The translations under genes and the position numbers were made by a program. DNA of 64,000 nucleotides from an uncultured Geoanaerobacter sp. (GTDB lineage Bacteria; Desulfobacterota; Desulfuromonadia; Geobacterales; DSM-12255). The notes beneath the pieces were generated by a model that was not told where the DNA came from, made no database searches, and saw only the letters and a program-made list of their open reading frames with translations. Where the stretch lies: positions 365,690-429,689 of the forward strand of contig CAZGQM010000001.1 in assembly GCA_964528055.1 (NCBI GenBank), written 5' to 3'. Shown here piece after piece: positions 46,886 to 56,038 of this stretch; position 1 is the stretch's first letter; each line of letters begins with the position of its first letter.

Positions 46886-47566
46886 ATGCGGCTATTTGAC
46901 TGTTTCGTCAAACCCCTGGCATATACAGCGTACGTTGTGGGGATAAGCGCAGATAATCCTGTACCGATTTCCCGGGTAACAACAGTCATCCGCAACCTGC
47001 TGGATGAAAGCAATAACATGGCGCTCCAGAACGGATTTTCACAACAGGAGTTCGAAGAGGCCCGTTTCGCGGTCTGCGCCTGGATTGATGAGGCGATTCT
47101 ATGCTCCGACTTGCCGGATTCCAGTCAATGGATGGGTGAATTGCTGCAACGTAAACTTTATGCGACCACAAGGGCCGGTGACGAGTTTTTTCAGAGAATG
47201 GCCGGACTCCATGATACCGACCGCCAGGTTCGGGATGTTTATTATCACTGTCTGGCCCTCGAATTCAAGGGACGCTACTTCTCACCTGACATGAAAGAGG
47301 GTCTAGAATTAATCAAAAAACGTGAATATTCAACCCTTGCAAATGGGGACAGCATGCTTGTGAAAAGCAAACTCATGGGCTTTTTCCCCGAAGCATATCC
47401 CCCTAATTCAGTGCCGCGTATCCGGAGGTTGTTCCTTTCCCGGATATCCTATGTTACCCTGCTCTCGTTGCTTCTACCCCTCATCTTGGCTGTTCTGACC
47501 TATATATCCTACAGTAGACACCTTGGCGGCATGGTTGAAAACCTGATCCGGCTGGAGCTCAAATAA
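46886..47566 (+). CDS. tssL: T6SS membrane-complex protein TssL (DotU family), with no peptidoglycan-binding extension
   Basis: 226 aa. ARFAVCAWIDEAIL...LQRKLYATTRAGDEFF is followed by a single C-terminal TM segment. Confidence 0.85.
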   Translation: MRLFDCFVKPLAYTAYVVGISADNPVPISRVTTVIRNLLDESNNMALQNGFSQQEFEEARFAVCAWIDEAILCSDLPDSSQWMGELLQRKLYATTRAGDEFFQRMAGLHDTDRQVRDVYYHCLALEFKGRYFSPDMKEGLELIKKREYSTLANGDSMLVKSKLMGFFPEAYPPNSVPRIRRLFLSRISYVTLLSLLLPLILAVLTYISYSRHLGGMVENLIRLELK

Positions 47567-47567
47567 G

Positions 47568-50500
47568 ATGAAGCTTCTGCTTAAACTGCTCAAAATCATC
47601 TTTATTATCAGTGTTGTAACCGGCACGATTTTCGGCGCCTTCTGGATGATTTACATAAAGAATTGGCCTTATTGGACCGGAGTATCCCTCTTCCTTATTG
47701 TCATATCCCTTGCGGTTGGCTGGCATATCCTCAAAAAAATATTGCTGCGCCGCAGGGAGCAGCAGTATGTCAAGCAGGTTATCGAACAGTATAAACCTCT
47801 TGAAGAGGTCACTGACAATAAGTCCGAGCAGCAGATCCTAAGCCTTGAAAGGCAATGGGCGGATTCTCTAGATATTCTCAAACAATCGCATTTGAAAAAA
47901 CAGGGGGACCCCCTGTATCTGCTCCCCTGGTACCTGGTTCTCGGGGCAACCGGCTGTGGAAAGACATCTGCGCTCCGTAGCGCACGCCTGTCATCTCCGT
48001 TTCCCGAAGCGCCACGCCCCGCCGGCTCAGGAACCCGGTTCTGCGACTGGTGGTACACCGAACATGCCATAATTCTGGATACTGCCGGTAAATATTCGAA
48101 TCCTCTCATGGAACCTGCCGAGCGAGATGAATGGCAGCGCCTCCTCTCCCTGCTTCTGGCTGCTCGAAAAAAGGAGCCTCTCAATGGTCTGGTCGTTGCA
48201 GTAGCCGCAGACCAGCTTCTGAAGAGTGATCGGGACAGCCTTGGGGAAGAGGGGAGGGCTATCCGGCTGAGAATTGATGAAATGATGCAGGTAATGGGCG
48301 CAAAAATTCCGGTATATCTCCTGATAACAAAATGCGACCAGGTATACGGCATTGATCAGCTTGCCAGGAATCTGCCGGAATCGTTCTTCAAGCAGCCCAT
48401 GGGGGTCGTAAATGACGACCTGGAAAAGCCGATTAGTGATTTCATCGATTTCACGCTGGACAGAATCAGCGAGCGTCTCAAAGATTTGAGATTCATGCTG
48501 CTCGACAAGGCCCAGGGTGACAAAACCGGTCTCATGCTCCTCGCCGAGGAGATTCGAACACTGCAGCCCGGACTAGAGAGCTTCATGCTTGGCGTATTCC
48601 GGGCAAATCCTTACCAGGAATCGCCGATAATGCGCGGGATTTTTTTCTCCAGCGCCCAACAGAGCGGAACACCGGTTTCCCGCTATCTTCAGCGGCTTGA
48701 TTATGCCGGAGACTCTCCCCCCCCTGGGGGGGGGAATGATATTCTGCTCGCATCATCAGGTACTGCAGCTGTTCCTTCGATACGGAATGCGGCTACAGAT
48801 ATCACTTTCATGAATATTCTTCCAGGAACAAGTCAGGGACTTTTTCTGTTCGATTTTTTCGACTGGGTTCTTACTTCAGACCGCTGGTTATTCCGGCCGC
48901 TAAAGTCTGAGGTACGGCGTTTTCGCTTCAGCTGGGGAACAGGGATGATATCCTGGATGACGCTGCTCGTCGGTCTGCTTGGACTTGTCAGTACTTCATA
49001 CATGCTTAACAAGCATGTAATCAGTGAATATAATGCCGAATTCAAGCAGCCGACGTATCTGACCGAAAACCTGCTGGACGATATCATAATTCTGGACCGT
49101 TTTCGCACGGTCATACTCAAGATGGAAGAGCGCAACAAAGGGTGGTGGGTGCCCCGATTTGGACTTGATCAGAGTGAACAACTGGTAATCAAGTTGAAGA
49201 AGGATTACTGCGCACTTCTCAGAAAGTACATTTTCAGCGGGATGAACCGGAAGCTTGATGAGGGTGCCGCTGGAATAACATCCGAGACTCCGGGGGGGGA
49301 ACGGGGCGCATATGTGGCTAATATTGTAAGCCGGCTGCAGTTTATGAATGCCAGACTGGAAGGGAAAGATCTGGAATTCATGAAAACTCTTCCACCTCCG
49401 TCGGGTGCCTTCCTCATGTTGATAGACAGCAATATAACCCCTGAAGTAGCGAAGCAGTACCAGGAATGCTACCTTTATTATTCGGCCTGGCAGGAGGACA
49501 ACACCCCGATAGTCGTTGCCAAACAGAAACTGACCATGCTTCTGGGGAAGATTCTTGTCGGTCCTAAAGGGAATTATGACTTCAACTGGACTCTGAACTG
49601 GATAAACTCAACGGAAATAGATAAACGCATAACATTGCGCGATTTCTGGGATGGCAGCGAAGAGACCGAATATGAGTATATAGAGCCATGCTTCACCCTG
49701 GAGGGGAAAAAAAAGCTGGATTATTTCCTGACCCAGATTTCCCGGGTTGCCGACAGCAGTTCAACGCTTGATGAACGGATCAAGCGTTTCATGAACGATT
49801 ACGAAAAGCAGTACATATCGGCCTGGGAGGAGTTCGCCACCGCTTTTACAAGGGGGGAGAACGCCTTTAAGTCCAGCCGCGATATGCTCAACCAGGCTGC
49901 CAATATCGGAATTGGGAAAATCCCGGCTGAACTCTTCATCGAAAGAATGGTTAAAGAACTTGAACCATTTTCCCGGAATGCAAATACCCCCCAATGGCTG
50001 AAGCTTGCGATTGCGCATGACAAGATTCACCGGCAGGCGCATGAAACGGAATTCTTAAAGCAAGCCTCCGGTTTAAGCAAGATGACCGGTGGTGTTCTTG
50101 AATCAGGCAAGCAACTTTTGAATGAGATAAAATCAAAAAAGGTTGAACTGCCGGACAGAAGCAAGCCCCAGAAACAGCTGGATCTGGTCAAGGCTTATGC
50201 GGAATTCAGTAAATCGCTTCAGGATATGGCCAGGGGGATAACTACCAACGGTGCTGCCATGCGCCTTGCCACCGAAATATTTTCAGGGGGAGGGGCGCCA
50301 CAGGCGGCCCAGGCAGGAGATTCTGCCGGAACTGCGAAGCCATCCCCGTTTTCCAGGGTGCAGGAAACTTACAAATCTTTTCAGGCTCAGATGCGAGATG
50401 TGGGGGATGATAAAATCTATTGGGACCTGATCAATTCGTCACTCAGGTTTTTTGCCATGACAGCCGCAAGAGAAGCGGAATGTTCATTACAGGAAAAATG

Positions 50501-51194
50501 GCAATCACAGGTGTTGGCTGAGACCAGTGCTGCCTCTGAATCCAGCTTGCAGGATCTGCTGTTCGGCCCCCAGGGGACGGTCTGGAGTTTTGTCAAAGGA
50601 ACTGCCTCGCCATTTCTCAAGGGGGGTGCCCAGGGGTACACGTCGACTTCGGTAATGGGGCAGCAGGTACGCTTCAGGCAGGATTTCATTGAATTCATTA
50701 CAAAGGGAAATGTCGGCCGCCAGAAGATCAAGGATAGTTATACTGTCAGAATCAAGGCTTATCCTGTTCATGTAAACAGGGAGGCAAAACCGAAACCCCA
50801 GGCGGCATATCTATCGCTTGCATGTGGCGATGATCTCCAATCGCTCAATAATATGAATTTCCAGGCTCAAAAGTCTTTCAAGTGGGGGGTTAAGAATTGC
50901 GGTGACACCATATTGCGGATAAAATTCGGATCTGTGACTCTGGAACGGAACTATTCCGGCGCGCGTGGGTTCATCAATTTCCTTACAGACTTCAAACGCG
51001 GTGAACGTACCTTCACACCTGAAGATTTCCCGGAACATGAAAATGATCTCAAAGCGATGAGCGTGCAGCAGATACGGATTAAATATCTTTTTGAAGGGGA
51101 GCGTGATCTGCTGAACCTGCCCGATTATGCCCCGCATGCTGCACCACCGGTAATATCCTCATGCCAGCAACGAGGTCATAATGATAATCCGTGA
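47568..51194 (+). CDS. tssM: T6SS membrane-complex protein TssM (IcmF family)
   Basis: 1208 aa with N-terminal TM segments, Walker A LGATGCGKTSAL and an IcmF-like periplasmic C-terminus. Confidence 0.9.
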   Translation: MKLLLKLLKIIFIISVVTGTIFGAFWMIYIKNWPYWTGVSLFLIVISLAVGWHILKKILLRRREQQYVKQVIEQYKPLEEVTDNKSEQQILSLERQWADSLDILKQSHLKKQGDPLYLLPWYLVLGATGCGKTSALRSARLSSPFPEAPRPAGSGTRFCDWWYTEHAIILDTAGKYSNPLMEPAERDEWQRLLSLLLAARKKEPLNGLVVAVAADQLLKSDRDSLGEEGRAIRLRIDEMMQVMGAKIPVYLLITKCDQVYGIDQLARNLPESFFKQPMGVVNDDLEKPISDFIDFTLDRISERLKDLRFMLLDKAQGDKTGLMLLAEEIRTLQPGLESFMLGVFRANPYQESPIMRGIFFSSAQQSGTPVSRYLQRLDYAGDSPPPGGGNDILLASSGTAAVPSIRNAATDITFMNILPGTSQGLFLFDFFDWVLTSDRWLFRPLKSEVRRFRFSWGTGMISWMTLLVGLLGLVSTSYMLNKHVISEYNAEFKQPTYLTENLLDDIIILDRFRTVILKMEERNKGWWVPRFGLDQSEQLVIKLKKDYCALLRKYIFSGMNRKLDEGAAGITSETPGGERGAYVANIVSRLQFMNARLEGKDLEFMKTLPPPSGAFLMLIDSNITPEVAKQYQECYLYYSAWQEDNTPIVVAKQKLTMLLGKILVGPKGNYDFNWTLNWINSTEIDKRITLRDFWDGSEETEYEYIEPCFTLEGKKKLDYFLTQISRVADSSSTLDERIKRFMNDYEKQYISAWEEFATAFTRGENAFKSSRDMLNQAANIGIGKIPAELFIERMVKELEPFSRNANTPQWLKLAIAHDKIHRQAHETEFLKQASGLSKMTGGVLESGKQLLNEIKSKKVELPDRSKPQKQLDLVKAYAEFSKSLQDMARGITTNGAAMRLATEIFSGGGAPQAAQAGDSAGTAKPSPFSRVQETYKSFQAQMRDVGDDKIYWDLINSSLRFFAMTAAREAECSLQEKWQSQVLAETSAASESSLQDLLFGPQGTVWSFVKGTASPFLKGGAQGYTSTSVMGQQVRFRQDFIEFITKGNVGRQKIKDSYTVRIKAYPVHVNREAKPKPQAAYLSLACGDDLQSLNNMNFQAQKSFKWGVKNCGDTILRIKFGSVTLERNYSGARGFINFLTDFKRGERTFTPEDFPEHENDLKAMSVQQIRIKYLFEGERDLLNLPDYAPHAAPPVISSCQQRGHNDNP

Positions 51195-52779
51195 GCTGGG
51201 GAGAAACCCGATACACACTACGAACCCGACCGGAGACGATATCCGCTATGACCCTCTTTTCGATACTCTGCAATCGGAGATAGACGCCAAACCTTCAGCC
51301 GGTTCCAGCGGCACCAGTTGGGGAAAAGTGGTCGAAGTTGCTTCGAATATTCTGGAGACAAAATCAAAAGATATTCTGGTGGCCTGCTATCTGGCGGTCG
51401 GTCTGCTGCACGTCGAGGGGGTGCCGCATGGTCTGTTGAACGGCGCGACTCTCCTCAAGGAGATGATCGAGTCATTCTGGGATACCATGTACCCGCCGGT
51501 CAAAAGGATGAGGGGGCGTACCCAGGCGATAGGATGGTGGGTGGAGCGGACTGAGAACTGTCTGGAAAAAATTGACGAGACTGCGGAGATTTCGGCAGTA
51601 GTTGCGGAAGAGCTCATATCCACTGTCGAGGCACTTTATGACCTGGTTTCCGAGCAATGTCCCGAGGCCCCCTCACTCCGACGGATACTCGAGTTTGCCA
51701 GGGCGATCCCTGTTGAAGCACCGGAAAAGCCTGAAGCCCCACAGGACGTTCCGGAGTCGCCGCCCCCGGCCTCTCCTTCGTCCGTGTCCACGGAGAAACT
51801 CCAGCCTGCCGATATCCCCCGGCAACAACCGCAATCAAATGGAGGCCCAGTTTTTTCGCAGTCAACCCTTGCCACTCAGGATGACGCCAACAGGCTTCTT
51901 GCATCGATTGTAGAAAACAATTACCTTCTTGTTGATTTCATGCTTGATCTTCCTACAGCAGAACCATCCTGGTACCGTCTGAACTTCTTCACAGCATGGT
52001 TTGAAATCAGGAGAACTCCTCCGGCAAGCGACAGCAGAACACTCATCCCTCCTCCGGACCGGCAGATAATGAATTCGCTTGCTGCCATGAAAGGTGCCGA
52101 AAACTGGGGGGGAGTGGTCAAAAGCGCAAGCTATACAATCCGTCGCTACCCTTTCTGGCTTGATATGAACCGATTTGTGGCAGAGGCTCTGAGCATGATG
52201 GGTGAACAGTACCATCAGGCCAGAAAGGCTGTTGAAGAGGAATCTGCCCGTTTTGTTATGCGGATTCCCGGGATCGAAGACTTTACCTTCAGTGACGGTA
52301 CTCCGTTTGCCGATGGTCAGACCAAGGGGTGGCTCCGTTCACTGGATGGCGGCGGTTCGGCACAGCAGGGCATTACTGTCAGTGGCGATGATCTCGCGGC
52401 AAAGGTTTCGGAGGAATTCTCGAACTGTCGGGAGTTGTTAAACAGCGGCAAGCAGGGAGAAGGGCTCTCGTTAATGCAGAATCATCTGCAATCCAGCAGG
52501 TCCGGGCGAGAGCGCTACCTGTGGAGGCTGTCGCTCGTACAGCTTCTCACGATTTCCGGAATGGAGAAACTGGCTGTGCCTCATATCAGCGAGCTGATGA
52601 AGGATTATGATGCGTTTCGGCTGGAGGAATGGGATCCGGATATGGCGCTTCATGCTTTAAAGACGGTCTGGAATGTTCTTCGCACGCTGAACGATACCGA
52701 ATCAAAGCGTAAAGCGGACGACATTATGGCACGCATATCCATGCTCTCCCCTTCAGACGCATTCAACCTGTCAAAATGA
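51181..52779 (+). CDS. tssA: T6SS protein TssA (ImpA N-terminal domain)
   Basis: NPTGDDIRYDPLFDTLQSEID is the ImpA_N signature. It is 532 aa and overlaps tssM by 14 nt. Confidence 0.85.
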   Translation: MIIRELGRNPIHTTNPTGDDIRYDPLFDTLQSEIDAKPSAGSSGTSWGKVVEVASNILETKSKDILVACYLAVGLLHVEGVPHGLLNGATLLKEMIESFWDTMYPPVKRMRGRTQAIGWWVERTENCLEKIDETAEISAVVAEELISTVEALYDLVSEQCPEAPSLRRILEFARAIPVEAPEKPEAPQDVPESPPPASPSSVSTEKLQPADIPRQQPQSNGGPVFSQSTLATQDDANRLLASIVENNYLLVDFMLDLPTAEPSWYRLNFFTAWFEIRRTPPASDSRTLIPPPDRQIMNSLAAMKGAENWGGVVKSASYTIRRYPFWLDMNRFVAEALSMMGEQYHQARKAVEEESARFVMRIPGIEDFTFSDGTPFADGQTKGWLRSLDGGGSAQQGITVSGDDLAAKVSEEFSNCRELLNSGKQGEGLSLMQNHLQSSRSGRERYLWRLSLVQLLTISGMEKLAVPHISELMKDYDAFRLEEWDPDMALHALKTVWNVLRTLNDTESKRKADDIMARISMLSPSDAFNLSK

Positions 52780-52972
52780 ACAGGGTTGTGAATCAGCTTT
52801 ACTCTTGGAATAACTCGCGTTCAGGAGTTGCTTTCGTCGTTTTATAGGCTATTATTTCAATGATTTTCAAGTATAGGTGTTAAATTTTAATATTTGATCT
52901 GGACTTGGTGTATTTATCAATTGTGTGCCGGATTGCTGCAGTTTCTAATATCACATGTCAGGAGGGTCTTGT

Positions 52973-53470
52973 ATGAAGGAAGGTTCAGTTGCACCAAAAG
53001 AACGGGTAAATATTACCTATCGACCAGCTACCGGTGATGCCAAGGAAGAGCTTGAACTGCCATTGAAACTCCTGGTGGTTGGGGATTTCACTCTGGCGAA
53101 GGATGACCGGAGCGTTGAGGAACGTGATCCGATCAACATTGACAAGGACAACTTCAACGATGTCCTCAAGGCACAGAATCTCTCCCTGGATCTGAATATA
53201 CGAAACTCGCTCAGCGACAAGCCTGATGAAAAGCTCGCAGTAAACCTGAAATTTGATTCCCTGAAAGACTTTGATCCTGACTCCATAGTGCAGCAGGTTC
53301 CGGATCTCAAAAAAATGATGGAACTGCGCGAGGCGATCAAGGGGATGAAAGGGCCGTTGGGTAATGTTCCTGAGTTCAGAAAGAAGATTCAGTCCATTAT
53401 CGATGATCCCTCCTTGCGCGACAGGATACTCAAGGAGATGGGCATCGGCGATAAAAAGGGGGATGAATAA
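52973..53470 (+). CDS. tssB: T6SS sheath small subunit TssB (VipA)
   Basis: The start is at MKEGSVAPKERVNITY, with GGAGGG 6 nt upstream. LELPLKLLVVGDFT is typical of the family. Confidence 0.9.
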   Translation: MKEGSVAPKERVNITYRPATGDAKEELELPLKLLVVGDFTLAKDDRSVEERDPINIDKDNFNDVLKAQNLSLDLNIRNSLSDKPDEKLAVNLKFDSLKDFDPDSIVQQVPDLKKMMELREAIKGMKGPLGNVPEFRKKIQSIIDDPSLRDRILKEMGIGDKKGDE

Positions 53471-53472
53471 CA

Positions 53473-54951
53473 ATGGCTGAAGAACAGAAACTTGAACAGA
53501 AGAGTACTGAGAGCACTGAAAGCGTATCGCTGATAGACGATATCCTTTCGGCTACAAAACTGACACCGGATAACGATGCCTATTCAGTTGCCAAAAAGGG
53601 TGTGGAAGCGTTGATTGCCCAGATTTTCCAGCCCGGCAAAGGGGTGGAGAAGGTAAATGCCCTGATTTGCGATGAAATGATTGCCGAGCTGGACAAAAAA
53701 ATGAGCCGTCAGCTTGATGAGATCATGCACAACGCTGATTTCCAGAAGATGGAATCATCCTGGCGCTCGCTGAAATTTCTCGTTGACAGAACAAATTTCA
53801 GGGAAAACGTCAAGCTCGAGATCCTGAACCTGAGCAAACAGGATCTGCTCGACGATTTTGCAGATGCACCGGAAGTGGCGCAGTCCGGCCTCTACAAGAT
53901 TGCATACTCCAGAGAGTACGGGCAGTTCGGGGGTCAACCCTATGCAGCCATTATCGGCAGCTACGAATTTGATTCCGGGCCTCAGGATATCAAACTGCTG
54001 CAGGACCTGGCTTCGGTTTCCGCAATGTCGCACGCCCCGTTCATAGCCTCAGCGAGCGCAAGGATGTTCGGGCTTGACGACTTTTCCAAACTCCCGGATC
54101 TCAAGGATCTCAAATCGATTTTCGAAGGGCCGCAATATGCCAAATGGAAAGCTTTCCGCGATTCCGAAGATTCCAGGTATGTCGGTCTGACGGTGCCGCA
54201 TTTTCTGCTCCGCCTCCCCTATGGACCCTCTTCCAACCCGACCAAAAGCTTTACCTACGAAGAGAGCGTGTCAGAAAAAAATGACCGTTTCCTATGGGGG
54301 AATGCAGCTTTTGCTTTCGCCACCAGGCTGACCGAAAGTTTTGCCAACTACCGCTGGTGCGCCAATATTATCGGGCCACAGGGGGGGGGGACGGTTGAAA
54401 ATCTGGAACTGTACCAGTTCGAGTCCATGGGTGCGGTCCAGACCAAGATCCCGACAGAAATCGTCATCACGGACCGTAAGGAGTTCGAACTGGCCGAAGA
54501 GGGTTTTATTGCCCTGACCATGCGAAAAGGGAGCAACAACGCTGCCTTCTTTTCAGCTCAATCATGCCAGAAACCGAAAAATTTCGGCATGAGCAAAGAG
54601 GCGAAAGAGTCTGAGCTCAACTACAAGCTTGGTACGCAACTCCCCTATATGTTCGTGGTCAACCGCCTGGCGCATTACATCAAGGTCATCCAGCGGGAAA
54701 ACATCGGTTCGTTCAAGGAGCGGAGCGAACTGCAGGATGAACTGAACAAATGGATCGGTCAGTACGTGGTGGAGATGGATAACCCGACAGCGAGCACAAG
54801 GGCAAAGAAACCACTCCGTTCAGCCCAGATCAACGTTGAGGATGTTGAAGGAGAGCCTGGCTGGTACCGGGTTTCGATGATGGTCAAACCGCATTTCAAG
54901 TATATGGGTTCATCGTTCACGCTGTCCCTGGTTGGCAAGTTAGACAAGTAG
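53473..54951 (+). CDS. tssC: T6SS sheath large subunit TssC (VipB)
   Basis: 492 aa with typical VipB sequence throughout (HNADFQKMESSWRSLKFLV, GQPYAAIIGSYEF, PHFLLRLPYG). Confidence 0.92.
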   Translation: MAEEQKLEQKSTESTESVSLIDDILSATKLTPDNDAYSVAKKGVEALIAQIFQPGKGVEKVNALICDEMIAELDKKMSRQLDEIMHNADFQKMESSWRSLKFLVDRTNFRENVKLEILNLSKQDLLDDFADAPEVAQSGLYKIAYSREYGQFGGQPYAAIIGSYEFDSGPQDIKLLQDLASVSAMSHAPFIASASARMFGLDDFSKLPDLKDLKSIFEGPQYAKWKAFRDSEDSRYVGLTVPHFLLRLPYGPSSNPTKSFTYEESVSEKNDRFLWGNAAFAFATRLTESFANYRWCANIIGPQGGGTVENLELYQFESMGAVQTKIPTEIVITDRKEFELAEEGFIALTMRKGSNNAAFFSAQSCQKPKNFGMSKEAKESELNYKLGTQLPYMFVVNRLAHYIKVIQRENIGSFKERSELQDELNKWIGQYVVEMDNPTASTRAKKPLRSAQINVEDVEGEPGWYRVSMMVKPHFKYMGSSFTLSLVGKLDK

Positions 54952-55015
54952 ACAACAGCAGTTGTTATGATGGAGACCGCTGGTCTCGACTAACCCGATA
55001 AAAGGAGAGGATAGT

Positions 55016-55516
55016 ATGGCAAATACCAGTTATTTGACGTTAACCGGCGCCAAGCAGAGCGATATCAAGGGTGATTGTACTCAGGAAGCTTACAAGGATT
55101 CAATTCTGGTGTATGGCATGGATCACCAGGTGCACATCCCACGCGATACCCATACAGGTCTTGCAACCGGGCAACGAGTGCATGGCCCTTTCACAATTAT
55201 CAAGCACAAGGACTTATCTTCCCCCAAACTCTATCAGGCGCTGACTTCAGGAGAGCAGATAACAAAGTGGGAACTGAAGTACACCGCCATTGGCACAAGC
55301 GGTAACGAATATGTCTATTTCAAGGTTCAGCTGGAATCGGCTATCATTGTATCAGTCAAGGCATACAAGCCATTGACATTCCTCAAGGAGAACGAACCGT
55401 ATCATGATATGGAAGAGGTCATGTTCACATACGGCAAGATCACCTGGATTTCCCTGGATGAAAAGGGTTCAACTCTGGCCCAGACCGATGACGACTGGAA
55501 AAAGCCGAAAGCTTAA
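55016..55516 (+). CDS. hcp: T6SS inner tube protein Hcp (TssD)
   Basis: 166 aa. YLTLTGAKQSDIKGDCT...HQVHIPRDTHTGLATGQRVHGPFTIIKHKDLSSPKL is the classical Hcp pattern. Confidence 0.92.
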   Translation: MANTSYLTLTGAKQSDIKGDCTQEAYKDSILVYGMDHQVHIPRDTHTGLATGQRVHGPFTIIKHKDLSSPKLYQALTSGEQITKWELKYTAIGTSGNEYVYFKVQLESAIIVSVKAYKPLTFLKENEPYHDMEEVMFTYGKITWISLDEKGSTLAQTDDDWKKPKA

Positions 55517-55536
55517 AACCAGACAGTTATCCCGCT

Positions 55537-55573
55537 CCCTCTTCATGCACCCATGGAGAGGGCGTTTATTTCT
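55537..55573 (+). terminator. Hairpin plus T-rich tract after hcp (possible attenuator/terminator)
   Basis: The stem is ccctcttc / ggagaggg (8 bp, one G:U) with a 10-nt loop, followed by cgTTTaTTTcT. Confidence 0.45.
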
Positions 55574-55600
55574 CCCTGAGTTCACCAGAATACCCATGAT

Positions 55601-56026
55601 ATGCAGATAATAAAAAAAGAACGGTTGCTTGAACGGATACGTTTAATGGAAGAAAATCCCGAAGGGCGACTGGATGTCGTTTCTTCCACGGATATTACTT
55701 CTGTCATTGAGCACCTTATAAGGGTGCTTAACACAAAAAAGGGGTCGGTTGACATCGACCCGGAATTTGGTGTTCCTGACCTGAGCAACCTGTCAAGTTC
55801 ATTTTCGTCCGAGGCTATCCCTGAGCTCGAATTTGCTATTAGAAACGTGATTCAGAACTATGAACCTCGTCTTAAAGATGTAGCGGTTAAATGCCTTGCT
55901 CAACAGGATGATCTTTTGGCATTAAGGTTTTCCATATCAGCAAGACTGGTCATGGACGACAAGGGGAATCAGATTGTTTTTGAAACTATCGTTGATTCTG
56001 ACGGTCAGGTGAAAGTTCGCTCTTAA
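55601..56026 (+). CDS. tssE: T6SS baseplate protein TssE (gp25-like)
   Basis: 141 aa. VIEHLIRVLNTKKGSVDIDPEFGVPDL...IRNVIQNYEPRL fits the GPW/gp25 family. Confidence 0.88.
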   Translation: MQIIKKERLLERIRLMEENPEGRLDVVSSTDITSVIEHLIRVLNTKKGSVDIDPEFGVPDLSNLSSSFSSEAIPELEFAIRNVIQNYEPRLKDVAVKCLAQQDDLLALRFSISARLVMDDKGNQIVFETIVDSDGQVKVRS

Positions 56027-56038
56027 GGGACGGTCTAC

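Noticed and set aside
52925-52945. Possible sigma54 promoter (tgtgccggattgctg) upstream of tssB
   Set aside because: The GG-N10-GC spacing of the -24/-12 elements is not satisfied, and the -24 element is GT rather than GG. I could not support any sigma54 site in the 52780-52972 gap.
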